From contig JACDBS010000117.1 in the NCBI GenBank assembly GCA_013694795.1, positions 1 to 48,679 on the forward strand: a stretch of DNA of 48,679 nt, in the 5' to 3' direction. The position numbers and the translations under genes were made by a program. Of this stretch, positions 22,792-32,819 are shown one piece after another. The notes below the pieces were generated by a model. It had not been told where the DNA came from and did no database searches. It saw only the letters and a list, made by a program, of their open reading frames with translations. This stretch comes from Chloroflexota bacterium. Lineage in GTDB: Bacteria > Chloroflexota > Limnocylindria > QHBO01. Numbering within the stretch: the first letter of the stretch is position 1; every line of letters begins with the position of its first letter.

Positions 22792-23454
22792 GTGAGCTTC
22801 TTCGATTCGTTGCGCCTGGCCATCGCTCTTGGCCTGACGCTGTTCCTGGTCCTGCTCAGATTCGACGCCGAGCGGATCACGCGTTCCGACTACTTCCGCT
22901 ACCGCACGCCGTGGATGGGACCGGTCAGCTACTACGTGCTGGTCATCGGCTTCGCGATCGGCATCGCGGTGATCCTGCCGTCCGGCCGCGAGCAGCTGTT
23001 CCTGACCGGCGGGAACCCCGACAGCATGCTGCCGGTCATGCTCTTCTTCATCGCCATCGCGTTGCTCAACGGAGTTGCGCTCGCCTTCCTGCGCTACGGC
23101 AGCATCCTGCCGCTGCCGATGGAGCTCTTGCCGTCGCGCGTGCTGGGCGCCGCGGCCAACGCCATCAGCGAGGAGCTCCAGTTCCGCTCGATCGTGCTTG
23201 GCATGCTCCTTTTCGCCGGCGTGCCGCCGGGCTGGGCCATCGCGGTGCAGGCGGTCGTCTACGGCCTGGCCCACCGGCGCCTGTGGCGCGACCGCGATTG
23301 GTACTTCCTGGCCGGCTCGGTGCTCCTCGGCTGGGCCGCAGGAGTGGCGACCTTCGAGACTGGTTCCGTGATCCCGGCCATCGTCGGCCACTTCGCGGTG
23401 ACCATGTCGCTCTTCGCCTTCGCCGGAGGGCGCCTGCGTCAGCGGCCGATCTGA
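22792..23454 (+). CDS. CPBP-family intramembrane glutamic endopeptidase (CAAX protease-like)
   Basis: Polytopic membrane protein with EELQFRS (EExxxR) and later conserved His residues (YGLAH, VGHF). The GTG start abuts the lepA stop. Confidence 0.75.
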   Translation: MSFFDSLRLAIALGLTLFLVLLRFDAERITRSDYFRYRTPWMGPVSYYVLVIGFAIGIAVILPSGREQLFLTGGNPDSMLPVMLFFIAIALLNGVALAFLRYGSILPLPMELLPSRVLGAAANAISEELQFRSIVLGMLLFAGVPPGWAIAVQAVVYGLAHRRLWRDRDWYFLAGSVLLGWAAGVATFETGSVIPAIVGHFAVTMSLFAFAGGRLRQRPI

Positions 23455-23743
23455 TTATTTGAACGAGTTGAGGACTTGCGCCTCTTGCCCAAGCATGCCT
23501 CGCGTGACTGTGAACGCGCGAGGTTGCGCGAAACCGGGTCACGCATTCGCGTGGTGACTGTTCGGTCAGGGGATTGAACGGATCGTGGCCCGAATGTCGC
23601 CGCACCGAGATCATCCGAGCACACATCTCGGCACGCCGGCGGCCAGGATACGCCCTAAGAGTCACCCGGCGACTATCCGAGCAGTCGGGCCGGCTGCATC
23701 GGTGCATAAGTGCTCCCAGCCGCTGGTGGTAGCGTGGCACCGA

Positions 23744-24904
23744 ATGGTCACCCAGCCGCACCACCTCTACGTCCACGTGCCGTTCTGCCGGCTGGTGTGC
23801 GCGTACTGCGACTTCGTGACGGTGGGCGGGCGAGCCCACGACATTCTGCGTTACACCGATGCGCTCCTGCACGAGATCGAGGCCCGGCCGGCGCCCGGCG
23901 AGCTGCGGACGATCTACTTTGGCGGCGGGACGCCGTCGCTCCTCAGCGGCGAACAGGTCGGCCAGGTCGTTCAGGCGGCAGAGGTCCGATGGCAGCACGT
24001 GGCCCTGGAGGAGGTCACCGTGGAGGCCAACCCGAGCGAGCGCGAGTCGCCGGACTGGGATGGGCTGCGAGCGGCTGGGGTGACGCGGATCAGCCTGGGC
24101 GTTCAATCACTGCGCGACGAAGACCTGGTAACACTCGCGCGAGGGCACACCGCGCGGGAAGCGCGCCAGGCTTATGCGGCGGCCCGCCGGGCAGGATTCG
24201 ATAACGTCAGCATCGACCTCATCTACGGCATTCCCGGCCAGTCGCCAAGCGACTGGCGCGGAGTTCTCGAGGCAGCCCTCGAGCTTCGTCCCGACCACCT
24301 GAGCTGCTACGCGCTGCAGCTTGCCCTGCAACCTGACGAGTGGGCCGCGCCGCCACGTCCCGGGGCGCTCCGATGGCGCAACCGGGTGGTGCCGCGCCAG
24401 GACGACGCGCTGGCGGCCGACCAGTACCGCCTCGCGGAGGAGGTGCTCGCGGGTCGTGGCTATCGGCACTATGAGCTCAGCTCGTGGGCCCTGCCGGGAC
24501 GAGAGTCACGCCACAACTCGGCCTACTGGGCGCGGCGGGCATACACCGGCATCGGCGCGGGAGCGCATTCGTATGACGGTGCGGCACAGCGCTCGTGGAA
24601 CACGCGCGACCTCGACACCTACCTCGAGGTCGCCGAGATGGACGAGTGTCCCGTGGCGGACGCGGAAGTGCTCAACGAGCAGGAGCGGGCATTCGAGGCG
24701 ATCGCGCTCGGCCTGCGGCTGGTCGATGGCATCAGCCGGCGCGCCTTCGAAGCGGAGTTCCGCCTCGACCCGGTTGAGCGCTATGCGTTGGCGCTGGCCG
24801 AAACGACGCGCAAGGGCCTGATCGAGGTGGACGGAGACGCGGTTCGACTTTCGCCGACCGGGCGGCTGCTCGCCTCGGAGGCGCTCATCAGCTTCGCCGG
24901 CTGA
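23744..24904 (+). CDS. hemW: radical SAM heme chaperone HemW (HemN-like)
   Basis: LYVHVPFCRLVCAYCDF (CxxxCxxC), then IYFGGGTPS. Start at internal ATG 23744; the upstream 53 codons of the track ORF look non-coding. Confidence 0.85.
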   Translation: MVTQPHHLYVHVPFCRLVCAYCDFVTVGGRAHDILRYTDALLHEIEARPAPGELRTIYFGGGTPSLLSGEQVGQVVQAAEVRWQHVALEEVTVEANPSERESPDWDGLRAAGVTRISLGVQSLRDEDLVTLARGHTAREARQAYAAARRAGFDNVSIDLIYGIPGQSPSDWRGVLEAALELRPDHLSCYALQLALQPDEWAAPPRPGALRWRNRVVPRQDDALAADQYRLAEEVLAGRGYRHYELSSWALPGRESRHNSAYWARRAYTGIGAGAHSYDGAAQRSWNTRDLDTYLEVAEMDECPVADAEVLNEQERAFEAIALGLRLVDGISRRAFEAEFRLDPVERYALALAETTRKGLIEVDGDAVRLSPTGRLLASEALISFAG

Positions 24905-24920
24905 CCCAACCGCGACGCCG

Positions 24921-24950
24921 TTGACACTGCCGCCGGACGGGCGGTACCAT
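24921..24950 (+). promoter_or_regulatory. putative sigma-70-type promoter of the hrcA operon
   Basis: TTGACA (24921-24926), 18-nt spacer, TACCAT (24945-24950). Located 15 nt upstream of the CIRCE element. Confidence 0.4.
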
Positions 24951-24965
24951 GCCCGACAGCACTCG

Positions 24966-24992
24966 TTGGCACTCTCGACGTGAGAGTGCCAA
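24966..24992. promoter_or_regulatory. CIRCE operator (HrcA binding site) upstream of hrcA
   Basis: TTGGCACTC-tcgacgtga-GAGTGCCAA: perfect 9-bp inverted repeat with a 9-nt spacer. Compare consensus TTAGCACTC-N9-GAGTGCTAA. Confidence 0.85.
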
Positions 24993-25016
24993 CACGCACC
25001 CAGGAGGCCCAACCAG

Positions 25017-26117
25017 GTGGACGAACGGATCTCGCGACAGCGCGCGACCCCGTCTCAGCAGGCACTCGAGCTGACCGATCGGCAGCGTTCGGTGCTGCGC
25101 GCCGTGGTGGAGGATTACGTGTTCACGGCCGTGCCGGTCGGTTCGAAGGCGCTCGTGGCCCGCTACGCGCTGGGCGTATCGCCGGCCACTGTGCGGAGCG
25201 CCATGGCAGAGCTCGAAATGCTGGGCCTCCTCTCGCATCCGCACACCAGCGCCGGCCGTGTGCCCTCCGACCTGGGCTATCGGCTGTACGTGGAGTCGCT
25301 CATGCGCGAGGCCGAGCTCGATACCACCGATCGACTCATGATCCGCCACCAGTTCAGCCAGGTGCAGCTGACGAGCAATGAGTGGCTGCGCCTGGCGGCG
25401 TCTATCCTGGCCGGCAGCACCCACGCCGCCTCGGTCGTTACCCCCGCTCGCTCTCGGCGCGCACGATTCGGCCATGTCCAGCTGGTCGCGCTGGCCGACG
25501 GCACGCGTTTGCTGGTGCTGGTGCTGGCCGACGGCAACGTCACCCAGCGCCGGCTCGATCGCAGCGCCCTGGAGCGCCAGCTTCCGGACGAGGCGCTCGA
25601 CCAGGCGGCGCTCGACGTCGCGGCAGGAACGTTGAATTCCGAGCTTGCGGGGCTCTCGGCTCCGCAGGCGCGTCGGCGCCTGGCGAAGCTGCCGGCCCTG
25701 CCCGCGCGCATCGGGGAGATCCTGGCAGGACTGCTGGAGGAGGCGGATTCCGTGGTGGTCGAAGAAGTGTTCACCGACGGAATCGTCCACGTGCTCGAGC
25801 AGCCGGAGTTCGCCGAGGGCGGCAAGCTGCGCACCATTCTCGAGATCCTCCAGCGATCTGACTTCCTCGCGCAGTTGGTGCCCGTCCTGACGCGTCACGG
25901 CGGCGTGCACGTGATCATCGGCCGCGAGAACAGCAACGATGCGATGCACGAGGTGAGCCTCGTGTTCGCACCGTACGGGGCGCCCGACCGGGCGCTCGGC
26001 CTGCTCGGTGTCCTGGGTCCGACACGCATGCGCTACCCGCGGGCGATCCCGACGGTGCGCTACCTGTCCACGCTCATGGACGAGCTGATCAACCGCGAAT
26101 ACGGCGAGACCCAATGA
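25017..26117 (+). CDS. hrcA: heat-inducible transcription repressor HrcA
   Basis: N-terminal winged helix: LTDRQRSVLRAVVEDYVFTAVPVGSKALV...SPATVRSAMAELE..GLL.HPHTSAGRVP. GTG start preceded by aggagg. Confidence 0.9.
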   Translation: MDERISRQRATPSQQALELTDRQRSVLRAVVEDYVFTAVPVGSKALVARYALGVSPATVRSAMAELEMLGLLSHPHTSAGRVPSDLGYRLYVESLMREAELDTTDRLMIRHQFSQVQLTSNEWLRLAASILAGSTHAASVVTPARSRRARFGHVQLVALADGTRLLVLVLADGNVTQRRLDRSALERQLPDEALDQAALDVAAGTLNSELAGLSAPQARRRLAKLPALPARIGEILAGLLEEADSVVVEEVFTDGIVHVLEQPEFAEGGKLRTILEILQRSDFLAQLVPVLTRHGGVHVIIGRENSNDAMHEVSLVFAPYGAPDRALGLLGVLGPTRMRYPRAIPTVRYLSTLMDELINREYGETQ

Positions 26118-26695
26118 CCGATCACCCTGCCAACGGCGGCCCGAAGCCACGGACCAGGACCCGCGGCCAGGAGCGGGCAGACGCGATCAAAACGCCCTCG
26201 CGCCTGGAGCTTGCGGAGCGCATCGAGGTGCTCGGGCGCGAGCTCATCGAAGCGCGCGCCAAGGCGGAGGAGCATCTCTACAACTGGCAGCGATCCGCGG
26301 CCGACTTCAGCAACTTCAAGCGCCGAACGGATGAGGAGCGCGCGACCATCGGCCAGTTCAGCAACGCCATCCTCATCAACAAGCTGCTGGCCGTCCTGGA
26401 CGACTTCGACCGTGCCCTCGATAGCGTCCCTGCCGACGCGCAGGATCCGTGGATCGAGGGCGTGCGGCTGGTGGAACGCAAGATGCGGAACGTCCTCGAG
26501 GCGGAAGGGGTGACGCCGATCGACGCGGTCGGCCAGGCGTTCGATCCGAACCTGCACGAGGCGGTCGTCCACGAGGAGACCGCGGACCATCCCGACAACC
26601 AGGTGATCGGCGAGCTGCAGCGCGGCTACCGTCTGCACGACCGGGTCATTCGACCCAGCCTCGTCCGAGTGGCGAACAATCCGAAGGAGCACTGA
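26114..26695 (+). CDS. grpE: nucleotide exchange factor GrpE
   Basis: [16 protein letters not shown]...[12 protein letters not shown]...FDPNLHEAV...[20 protein letters not shown] overlap with hrcA. Confidence 0.9.
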   Translation: MTDHPANGGPKPRTRTRGQERADAIKTPSRLELAERIEVLGRELIEARAKAEEHLYNWQRSAADFSNFKRRTDEERATIGQFSNAILINKLLAVLDDFDRALDSVPADAQDPWIEGVRLVERKMRNVLEAEGVTPIDAVGQAFDPNLHEAVVHEETADHPDNQVIGELQRGYRLHDRVIRPSLVRVANNPKEH

Positions 26696-26702
26696 CGAAC
26701 CA

Positions 26703-28631
<1,929 letters not shown>

Positions 28632-28996
28632 CGCCGCCGCCGCTCGGGCCTTGCGAGCGATGATGGTTGGCCGCGACCCACTAGCGTGGCGCGCTCAAAT
28701 GGTCGTCATGCTTGCGGGCCAGCGGCGTATCTACGGCCCAGAACCGGACGCGTGGTTCCGGCGGGGTTTGCCCAGTCGGGTGGACACCGACGCGCACGAG
28801 TGCGGCGCCGCGGCGGCCTTCACGCTGGCTCGTGTTCAGTGCAGTGGACAAAGCCCCCGAAGCGCCCTCTCCGGCGGCATCTGTGCAGTCCAGCGGCCAC
28901 CCGGGTGGCGCGCCCGCCCTAAGACCTCAGAAGATCGCGTTGCGGGGCAGGACCGCCCACAGTGCCAATCGACGCCGACCATTGCGGCGCGTCAGA

Positions 28997-29398
28997 CTAC
29001 GCGGCCGGCTGCGGCTGTGTGCACATCGGGCAGCGTCGGGCGACGAACGGAATCTCCGATGCGCACTCGGTGCAGGTCTTCGTGGTCGGCGTCTCGTCGT
29101 CCCCGCGCTGGCGGCGTGCCTCGAGCGCGTTCATCGGCTTCACGACGAAGAAATAGATCGCCGCGACAACGAGCCCGAAGGCGATCACCGCGTTAAGGAA
29201 GAGCCCATAGCGGACCTCCGCGCTGCCGACCGTGAAGCTCAGCCCGGCGAAGTCGGGTATGCCGACAAGACCCAGCAGCGGGGTCAGGATGTCGGCGACG
29301 AACGAGTTCAACAACGCCGCGAACGCGAGGCCGATGACCAGCGCCACAGCCAGCTCGACGACATTCCCGCGCATGATGAATTCCTTGAAACCGCTCAA
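28997..29398 (-). CDS. mscL: large-conductance mechanosensitive channel MscL with C-terminal CxxC...CxxC tail
   Basis: (L)SGFKEFIMRGNVVELAVALVIGLAFAALLNSFVADILTPLLG. Proposed TTG start at 29398 with GGAGGG upstream; the track ORF extends to 29521. Tail: KTCTECASEIPFVARRCPMCT. Confidence 0.85.
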   Translation of the reverse strand: MSGFKEFIMRGNVVELAVALVIGLAFAALLNSFVADILTPLLGLVGIPDFAGLSFTVGSAEVRYGLFLNAVIAFGLVVAAIYFFVVKPMNALEARRQRGDDETPTTKTCTECASEIPFVARRCPMCTQPQPAA

Positions 29399-29508
29399 CG
29401 GTGTTCCCTCCCCATTCGGATCGTGACGGCTGGGGGCCGCGGGCTTGAGTCTACGCGGTGCTCGCTCGTCTTCCGGGCGATCACGCACCGGTAGACTCCA
29501 CCCGACCG

Positions 29509-30297
29509 ATGCGACTCGCAACCTGGAACGTCAACTCGCTCAAAGCCCGCCTGGACCGGGTCCTGGCCTGGACCGAGCGCCAACGGCCTGACGTGCTGTG
29601 CCTCCAGGAGACGAAGCTGTCCGACGCGCAGGCGCCGCTCATGGACTTCACCGCCCTCGGCTATGAGCTCGTCCACCACGGTCCTGGCCGGTGGAACGGG
29701 GTGGCCATCGCGTCGCGCATCGGTATCTCTGATGTGGTCGCCGGCATCCCGACACCCGACGGCTGGACCGATGACGGCGGCCGCTTCCTGGCCGCCACCT
29801 GCGGACCCACGCGGGTGGCCTCGATCTACGTCCCGAACGGCCGGGTGGTGGATTCGGAGTTCTACCTTGCCAAGCTCGAGTGGCTGGCGAGGTTATCGGT
29901 CTGGCTGAACGATAACGATCCGGCCACCGAGCTGGCGATCTGCGGCGACTTCAACGTGGCGCCGGAGGACATTGACGTCTGGGACGTGAACGCGGTCCAT
30001 GGCGCGACTCACGTCTCGCCGCGCGAGCGCGCGGCCGTTGCAAAGCTGCGAGGGTGGGGGATGGTCGACATTGTGCGCCAGTTTCATCCCGAGCCGGACT
30101 TCTTCAGCTGGTGGGACTATCGCGCCGGGCACTTCCACAAGAACTTCGGGATGCGGATCGACCACGTCTACGTGTCGGCGCCGCTCGCCGGGCGGGCGGT
30201 CGCGGCAGACCGCGATCGAGACGCGCGGAAGCCGTCGACCTACCCGGGCATCGCGTCCGACCACGCCCCCCTGATCGTGGACTTCGCCGACAGCTGA
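29509..30297 (+). CDS. xth: exodeoxyribonuclease III (AP endonuclease)
   Basis: MRLATWNVNSLKARL...LCLQETK...GDFNVAP...WDYR...RIDHV...SDHAP. Start at internal ATG 29509. Confidence 0.9.
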   Translation: MRLATWNVNSLKARLDRVLAWTERQRPDVLCLQETKLSDAQAPLMDFTALGYELVHHGPGRWNGVAIASRIGISDVVAGIPTPDGWTDDGGRFLAATCGPTRVASIYVPNGRVVDSEFYLAKLEWLARLSVWLNDNDPATELAICGDFNVAPEDIDVWDVNAVHGATHVSPRERAAVAKLRGWGMVDIVRQFHPEPDFFSWWDYRAGHFHKNFGMRIDHVYVSAPLAGRAVAADRDRDARKPSTYPGIASDHAPLIVDFADS

Positions 30298-31536
30298 TCA
30301 GAGCCTTCGCAACGCCCCGGCCACCTGGCGGCCGGGGCGGGCGCGAGGCCAGACCACCTTGGCGGCGCCGACGAACGACCGATACGCCTCCACCGCGTCG
30401 CGGAGGGCGGGGATGAAGCGCGGATCCTCCATCGGTGCAACGCCAGGCTCGAACCAGATGCCGAGCATGCTCAGCGTCTTCGCCTTGCGGTCGATGCGTG
30501 GCTCGATGCGCCCAACGAAGCGGTCTCCGAACAGGATCGGCAGGACGTAATAGCCCCACCTGCGCTTCGGCTCGGGGACGTAGACCTCCCACAGGTAGTC
30601 GAACCCCCACAGCTCCCTGAGCATGCGGCGGTCCCACACGAGCGGGTCCAACGGGGCCAGGAAGGTGACTGCCGCTGGGGGCAGCGAGGCGGGCTCAGCG
30701 GTGGCATCGAGGATTGGCCCTTCGGCGGCGATGATGTAGCGGACGCCCTTCAGTCCTTCCACGTCGACCGGCAGCAGCTCGCCGTCCGCGACCAGCTGGG
30801 CAGTGCCCGCAACCCGCTCGCCGGAAGAGCCGGCGCTGTACATCACCTCCGACTGCGTGCCCGTCGGCGTGGTCATGCCGGTCGCTCGGAATCGGCTCAG
30901 AAGCCGATGCCTCATGGCGTCCTCCTCCGACTCCTTCAGCTTCAGCTGCTCGGCCGGCACCAGCCGCTCGATGAGGTCGTAGTAGCGACGGTTGCCCTCT
31001 CGTCGCGCGATGCCGATGCGGCCGGAGACAAAGAGCGCCTCCATGACCGCCCGGGAGGCGCGCGTCGGCGCCCACCACCAGTCGACGGCATGGCTGTGCT
31101 CGCTGAAGGCGGCCGTGGAAAGGGGTGCATCGGTCTCCAGGCGTCTGAGGATCGCCTGGGCGACATCGGCCTGTTCGGTGAGAATGCCGTTGTCGATGCT
31201 GGCCATGTTGCGCTGCCAGGTGATGCGGTAATGGGGTAGCTCGTGCATCGGCACCAGGTTGAGGCTCTTGTTGTACAGCTCGATCAGCCGCCGATCCGGT
31301 CCGTACAGCCACTGGTCGCACCAGGCTCGCTGGTAGCCGGCGATGCGGGCATGCAGCACGAGGTCATGGTTTCGGGCGCCGGGCACCTCCAGCGGGTCGA
31401 ACTGGAGCAGTCCCAGGCGCTCGACCGCGGTGAGCACCGACTCGGGCATGGCCGGCAGCGCACGCGGCGGTGCCAGCAGGTGGCGAGTGACGAGGAATCG
31501 GCGCGCGTGGTCGGCTGAGATGTGGAGGCCTGACAT
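30298..31536 (-). CDS. winged-helix DNA glycosylase of the YcaQ/AlkZ (HTH_42) family
   Basis: 412 aa. N-terminus ARRFLVTRHLL...VERLGLLQFDPLEV, carrying a Q-hydrophobic-D motif. Its stop codon directly abuts the xth stop. Confidence 0.75.
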   Translation of the reverse strand: MSGLHISADHARRFLVTRHLLAPPRALPAMPESVLTAVERLGLLQFDPLEVPGARNHDLVLHARIAGYQRAWCDQWLYGPDRRLIELYNKSLNLVPMHELPHYRITWQRNMASIDNGILTEQADVAQAILRRLETDAPLSTAAFSEHSHAVDWWWAPTRASRAVMEALFVSGRIGIARREGNRRYYDLIERLVPAEQLKLKESEEDAMRHRLLSRFRATGMTTPTGTQSEVMYSAGSSGERVAGTAQLVADGELLPVDVEGLKGVRYIIAAEGPILDATAEPASLPPAAVTFLAPLDPLVWDRRMLRELWGFDYLWEVYVPEPKRRWGYYVLPILFGDRFVGRIEPRIDRKAKTLSMLGIWFEPGVAPMEDPRFIPALRDAVEAYRSFVGAAKVVWPRARPGRQVAGALRRL

Positions 31537-31636
31537 CGGCGCCGATGGTACGCGTCATTCCCGACCGCCGGTTTCAGGATGGAGTTGCGCAGACTTGGTC
31601 CGAGGGGAACCGCTGAGGTGGGTCGTCGGCAGATGG

Positions 31637-31663
31637 CTGGCACTCGCTCTCTCGGAGTGCCAA
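31637..31663. promoter_or_regulatory. second CIRCE-like operator, upstream of dnaJ
   Basis: cTGGCACTC-gctctctcg-GAGTGCCAA: 8-bp perfect arms with a 9-nt spacer, and the same TGGCACTC half-site variant as the hrcA CIRCE. It ends 20 nt before the dnaJ ATG. Confidence 0.75.
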
Positions 31664-31683
31664 TTGGTATGATCTTGGCCGCC

Positions 31684-32811
31684 ATGGCCGTCAAGCGTGA
31701 TTACTACGACGTGCTCGGTGTCCCGCGCGATGCGGACGACGCCGAGATCAAGCGTGCCTTCCGCAAGCTCGCGCAGCGACATCACCCCGACGTCGATACC
31801 GGCGACGGGGCCGAGACGCGCTTCAAGGAGCTCAACGAGGCGTATCGCGTCCTGTCCGACCGGCAGCGGCGCAGCGCGTATGACATGTTCGGCCACGCTG
31901 GCGTCGAAGGCTCCGCGGCGGGCGGCTTCGAAGGTTTCGGCGGCGGCTTCGGTCCGTTCGGCGATATTTTCGACGCCTTCTTCGGTGGCTCGCCGGCGGG
32001 CACCCGTCGACGAACCCGAGCAGTTGCCGGGGCCGACCTGCGCTACGACCTGACAATCGACTTCGCCGAGGCCGTCTTCGGCGTCACGAAGGAGATCAGC
32101 TTCCCGACGCTCGAGACCTGCCCCCGCTGTGAAGGAGCGGGTGGTGAGCCGGGCACCGAGCCGGAGACGTGCGCCGACTGCAATGGCAGCGGCGAGCAGC
32201 GCCGCGTGGCGCAGACGATCCTGGGCCAGATGGTCAACATCGTGGCCTGCGCGCGCTGCCGTGGCGAGGGCCGCACCATTGCCACGCCGTGCACCCAGTG
32301 CGGCGGCGACGGCCGGGTGCGGCACGAGCGCTCGCTCCAGGTCAGCATTCCGGCGGGCATCGACGACGGCCAGCGCATTGCCATGGAGGGCCAGGGCGAG
32401 GCCGGTCCGCGCGGAGGCCCGAATGGCGACCTGTACGTGGCCGTCCGGATTCGGGCGCATCCCCACCTCCTGCGGCGGGGGACCGAGCTGTACCACGAGC
32501 TTCCGATCACCTTCCCGCAGGCGGCCCTGGGCGCGACGCTCACCGTCCCCACCGTCGAGGGCAGCGACGAAGTCGAGATCCCACCCGGCGCCCAGTCCGG
32601 CCAGGAGATCCGTCTGCGCGGCAAGGGCGTCCCGCAGCTTCGGGGCGCTGGGCGGGGCGATCTGCATGTCATCGTCAACGTGGTCGTGCCATCCAAGCTT
32701 TCGAAGCGCGAACGCGAGCTGTTGGGCGAGCTTGCCGAGGAGAGCGGCCCGGCCGTGCTCCCCAAGGGCGGTGGCACCGTCCTCGACCGCCTGCGCGACT
32801 TCTTCACCTGA
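31684..32811 (+). CDS. dnaJ: molecular chaperone DnaJ
   Basis: MAVKRDYYDVLGV...HHPD J-domain, G/F region, and four CxxCxGxG zinc motifs (CPRCEGAG, CADCNGSG, CARCRGEG, CTQCGGDG). Start at internal ATG 31684; ATG 31669 is an alternative. Confidence 0.93.
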   Translation: MAVKRDYYDVLGVPRDADDAEIKRAFRKLAQRHHPDVDTGDGAETRFKELNEAYRVLSDRQRRSAYDMFGHAGVEGSAAGGFEGFGGGFGPFGDIFDAFFGGSPAGTRRRTRAVAGADLRYDLTIDFAEAVFGVTKEISFPTLETCPRCEGAGGEPGTEPETCADCNGSGEQRRVAQTILGQMVNIVACARCRGEGRTIATPCTQCGGDGRVRHERSLQVSIPAGIDDGQRIAMEGQGEAGPRGGPNGDLYVAVRIRAHPHLLRRGTELYHELPITFPQAALGATLTVPTVEGSDEVEIPPGAQSGQEIRLRGKGVPQLRGAGRGDLHVIVNVVVPSKLSKRERELLGELAEESGPAVLPKGGGTVLDRLRDFFT

Positions 32812-32819
32812 CCTCACCG

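Noticed and set aside
28632-28996. Known housekeeping RNAs (RNase P RNA, SRP RNA, tmRNA, 6S) in the dnaK-mscL gap
   Set aside because: I could not find the hallmark conserved sequence blocks (for example GAGGAAAGUCC of RNase P, or the SRP domain IV loop), nor a long closing-stem architecture. The gap is left as unexplained rather than called.
31579-31683. 35-codon N-terminal extension of DnaJ suggested by the track ORF
   Set aside because: It would place the CIRCE-like inverted repeat inside coding sequence and add a non-conserved leader before the J-domain. DnaJ proteins normally start a few residues before the KRDYYxxLGV motif.
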